Notes under the pieces: model-generated
What the model was told of the DNA's origin: nothing
What the model saw: the letters and a program-made list of their open reading frames with translations, nothing else
Databases searched by the model: none
Made by a program: the position numbers and the translations under genes
Assembly: GCA_017534945.1 (NCBI GenBank)
Contig: JAFXVB010000028.1
Coordinates: 1-36,634, forward strand
Source of the DNA: Alphaproteobacteria bacterium
GTDB taxonomy: Bacteria > Pseudomonadota > Alphaproteobacteria > Rs-D84
Reading direction: 5' to 3'
Length of the DNA: 36,634 bases
Part shown: in pieces, positions 35,647-36,634 of the stretch
Numbering within the stretch: the stretch's first letter is position 1
Layout: each line of letters begins with the position of its first letter

Positions 35647-36000
35647 TTATTCACAATTTACCAACCAAACATCCCAATCCGGATTTTGCAATGGGTTTTT
35701 ACCCGGTTCATTTCTATTCATCCATCCGCCAAAAATTTGTTTTTGTTCGTTTATTTCTATAAAAGCGAAATAGTTTTCAGCATCAAAAGGATCGGATTGC
35801 ATACATTTGCGTGCCACAATATTCAACTTTTCAAATTCAACAGAATGTCCAACCGGAACGCGCACAACATGTACTTTGCCGGCCGCCTTGTTTAACACGC
35901 GTAAAACCGCAGTATTGTGTTCAATATATGCATGCGATGCACATGTGAAACCAAATACCGCAACAACAAAAATTGCCAAAAACCTTGCTAAACATTTCAT
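35647..36000 (-). CDS. DUF2155 family exported protein
   Basis: Signal peptide, AVLRVLNKAAG, IFGGWM, PDWDVWLVNC. Confidence 0.8.
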   Translation of the reverse strand: MKCLARFLAIFVVAVFGFTCASHAYIEHNTAVLRVLNKAAGKVHVVRVPVGHSVEFEKLNIVARKCMQSDPFDAENYFAFIEINEQKQIFGGWMNRNEPGKNPLQNPDWDVWLVNCE

Positions 36001-36059
36001 ATAACATATATTACAAATTGATTAAATACATGTCAAATTATTAAATTAAAAATACAAAC

Positions 36060-36097
36060 AAAAAAAGAACCGCGTAAAATACGCGGCCCCTTTTTTA
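36060..36097 (-). terminator. Terminator after rplS
   Basis: ccgcgta-aaa-tacgcgg flanked by A and T runs. Confidence 0.8.
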
Positions 36098-36112
36098 TAT
36101 TCAAAAAACGAA

Positions 36113-36502
36113 TTATTTTGCAGATTTTTCTGCACTTGTTGCAGCCAAATCTTCAACGATACGCGCCTTTTTACCAGACAATTTGCGTAAAAAGAACAAC
36201 TTTGCACGGCGAACACGACCGATACGAATTTTTTCAATTTTTTCAATTGCTGGTGAATAAAGTGGAAACTTGCGTTCAACGCCAACACCATAAGATTCAC
36301 GACGCACAGTGAAAGAAGCATTGTTGCCATTTCCACCATCACGTGCGATAACGACGCCTTCAAACATTTGGATACGGAATTTATCGCCGTCTTTAATTTT
36401 TACATGAACCTTTACAGTATCGCCGGCTTTGAAATTAGGAATAACGTTGTTTCCCTTTAATTTAGCGACCTGGGCTTCTTCGATTTTTTTTAATATGCTC
36501 AT
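36113..36502 (-). CDS. rplS: 50S ribosomal protein L19
   Basis: [46 protein letters not shown]. Confidence 0.98.
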   Translation of the reverse strand: MSILKKIEEAQVAKLKGNNVIPNFKAGDTVKVHVKIKDGDKFRIQMFEGVVIARDGGNGNNASFTVRRESYGVGVERKFPLYSPAIEKIEKIRIGRVRRAKLFFLRKLSGKKARIVEDLAATSAEKSAK

Positions 36503-36633
36503 TTTTTATTTTCCTTTATTAAGTCCGGACGACGCGCTTTTGTTATGTCGACCGATTGTTGTTTCCGCCACCGTTCAATATTCCCGTGGTGACCGGACAG
36601 CAGGACTTCTGGGACATTTCGTCCACGCCATAC
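36499..36633 (-). CDS. trmD: tRNA (guanine-N1)-methyltransferase, 3' end only
   Basis: My translation: [44 protein letters not shown]; ATGA overlap with rplS. Confidence 0.93.
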   Translation of the reverse strand, partial: VWRGRNVPEVLLSGHHGNIERWRKQQSVDITKARRPDLIKENKK

Positions 36634-36634
36634 T

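Overview
AT-rich alphaproteobacterial chromosome segment (DUF1013/TrcR, DUF2155, AddA and a TipN/GPR-like pole protein point to this class; a reduced, gut-associated Rs-D84-like lineage is my guess, not tested). It is mostly housekeeping: queA (5' truncated by the window), tgt, alaS, hup, smpB-tatD-holB-dacA, mtaB, rpoZ, tRNA-Ser(GGA), trcR-rpoD, addA, recN, xseA, tsaD, rplS and the trmD 3' end, interspersed with orphans. The standout is a 426-bp in-frame cassette inside queA: a DUF559/Vsr-like endonuclease domain bounded by GC-rich, internally palindromic inverted repeats (perfect 24 bp) whose ends fall on codon boundaries. A solitary, covarying copy of the same repeat sits just after rpoD, which suggests a REP-like nuclease-associated mobile element family. 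Other oddities: RpoD lacking the first Trp of the W-dyad, two tRNA 3'-end repeats split in the T-loop, a tandem promoter-gene-terminator array of small membrane paralogs, a promoter motif shared by orphans, a split AddA, AlaRS without C-Ala, a Cys-substituted NADAR and a long-stem hup leader. All calls come from reading motifs by eye; no searches were run.
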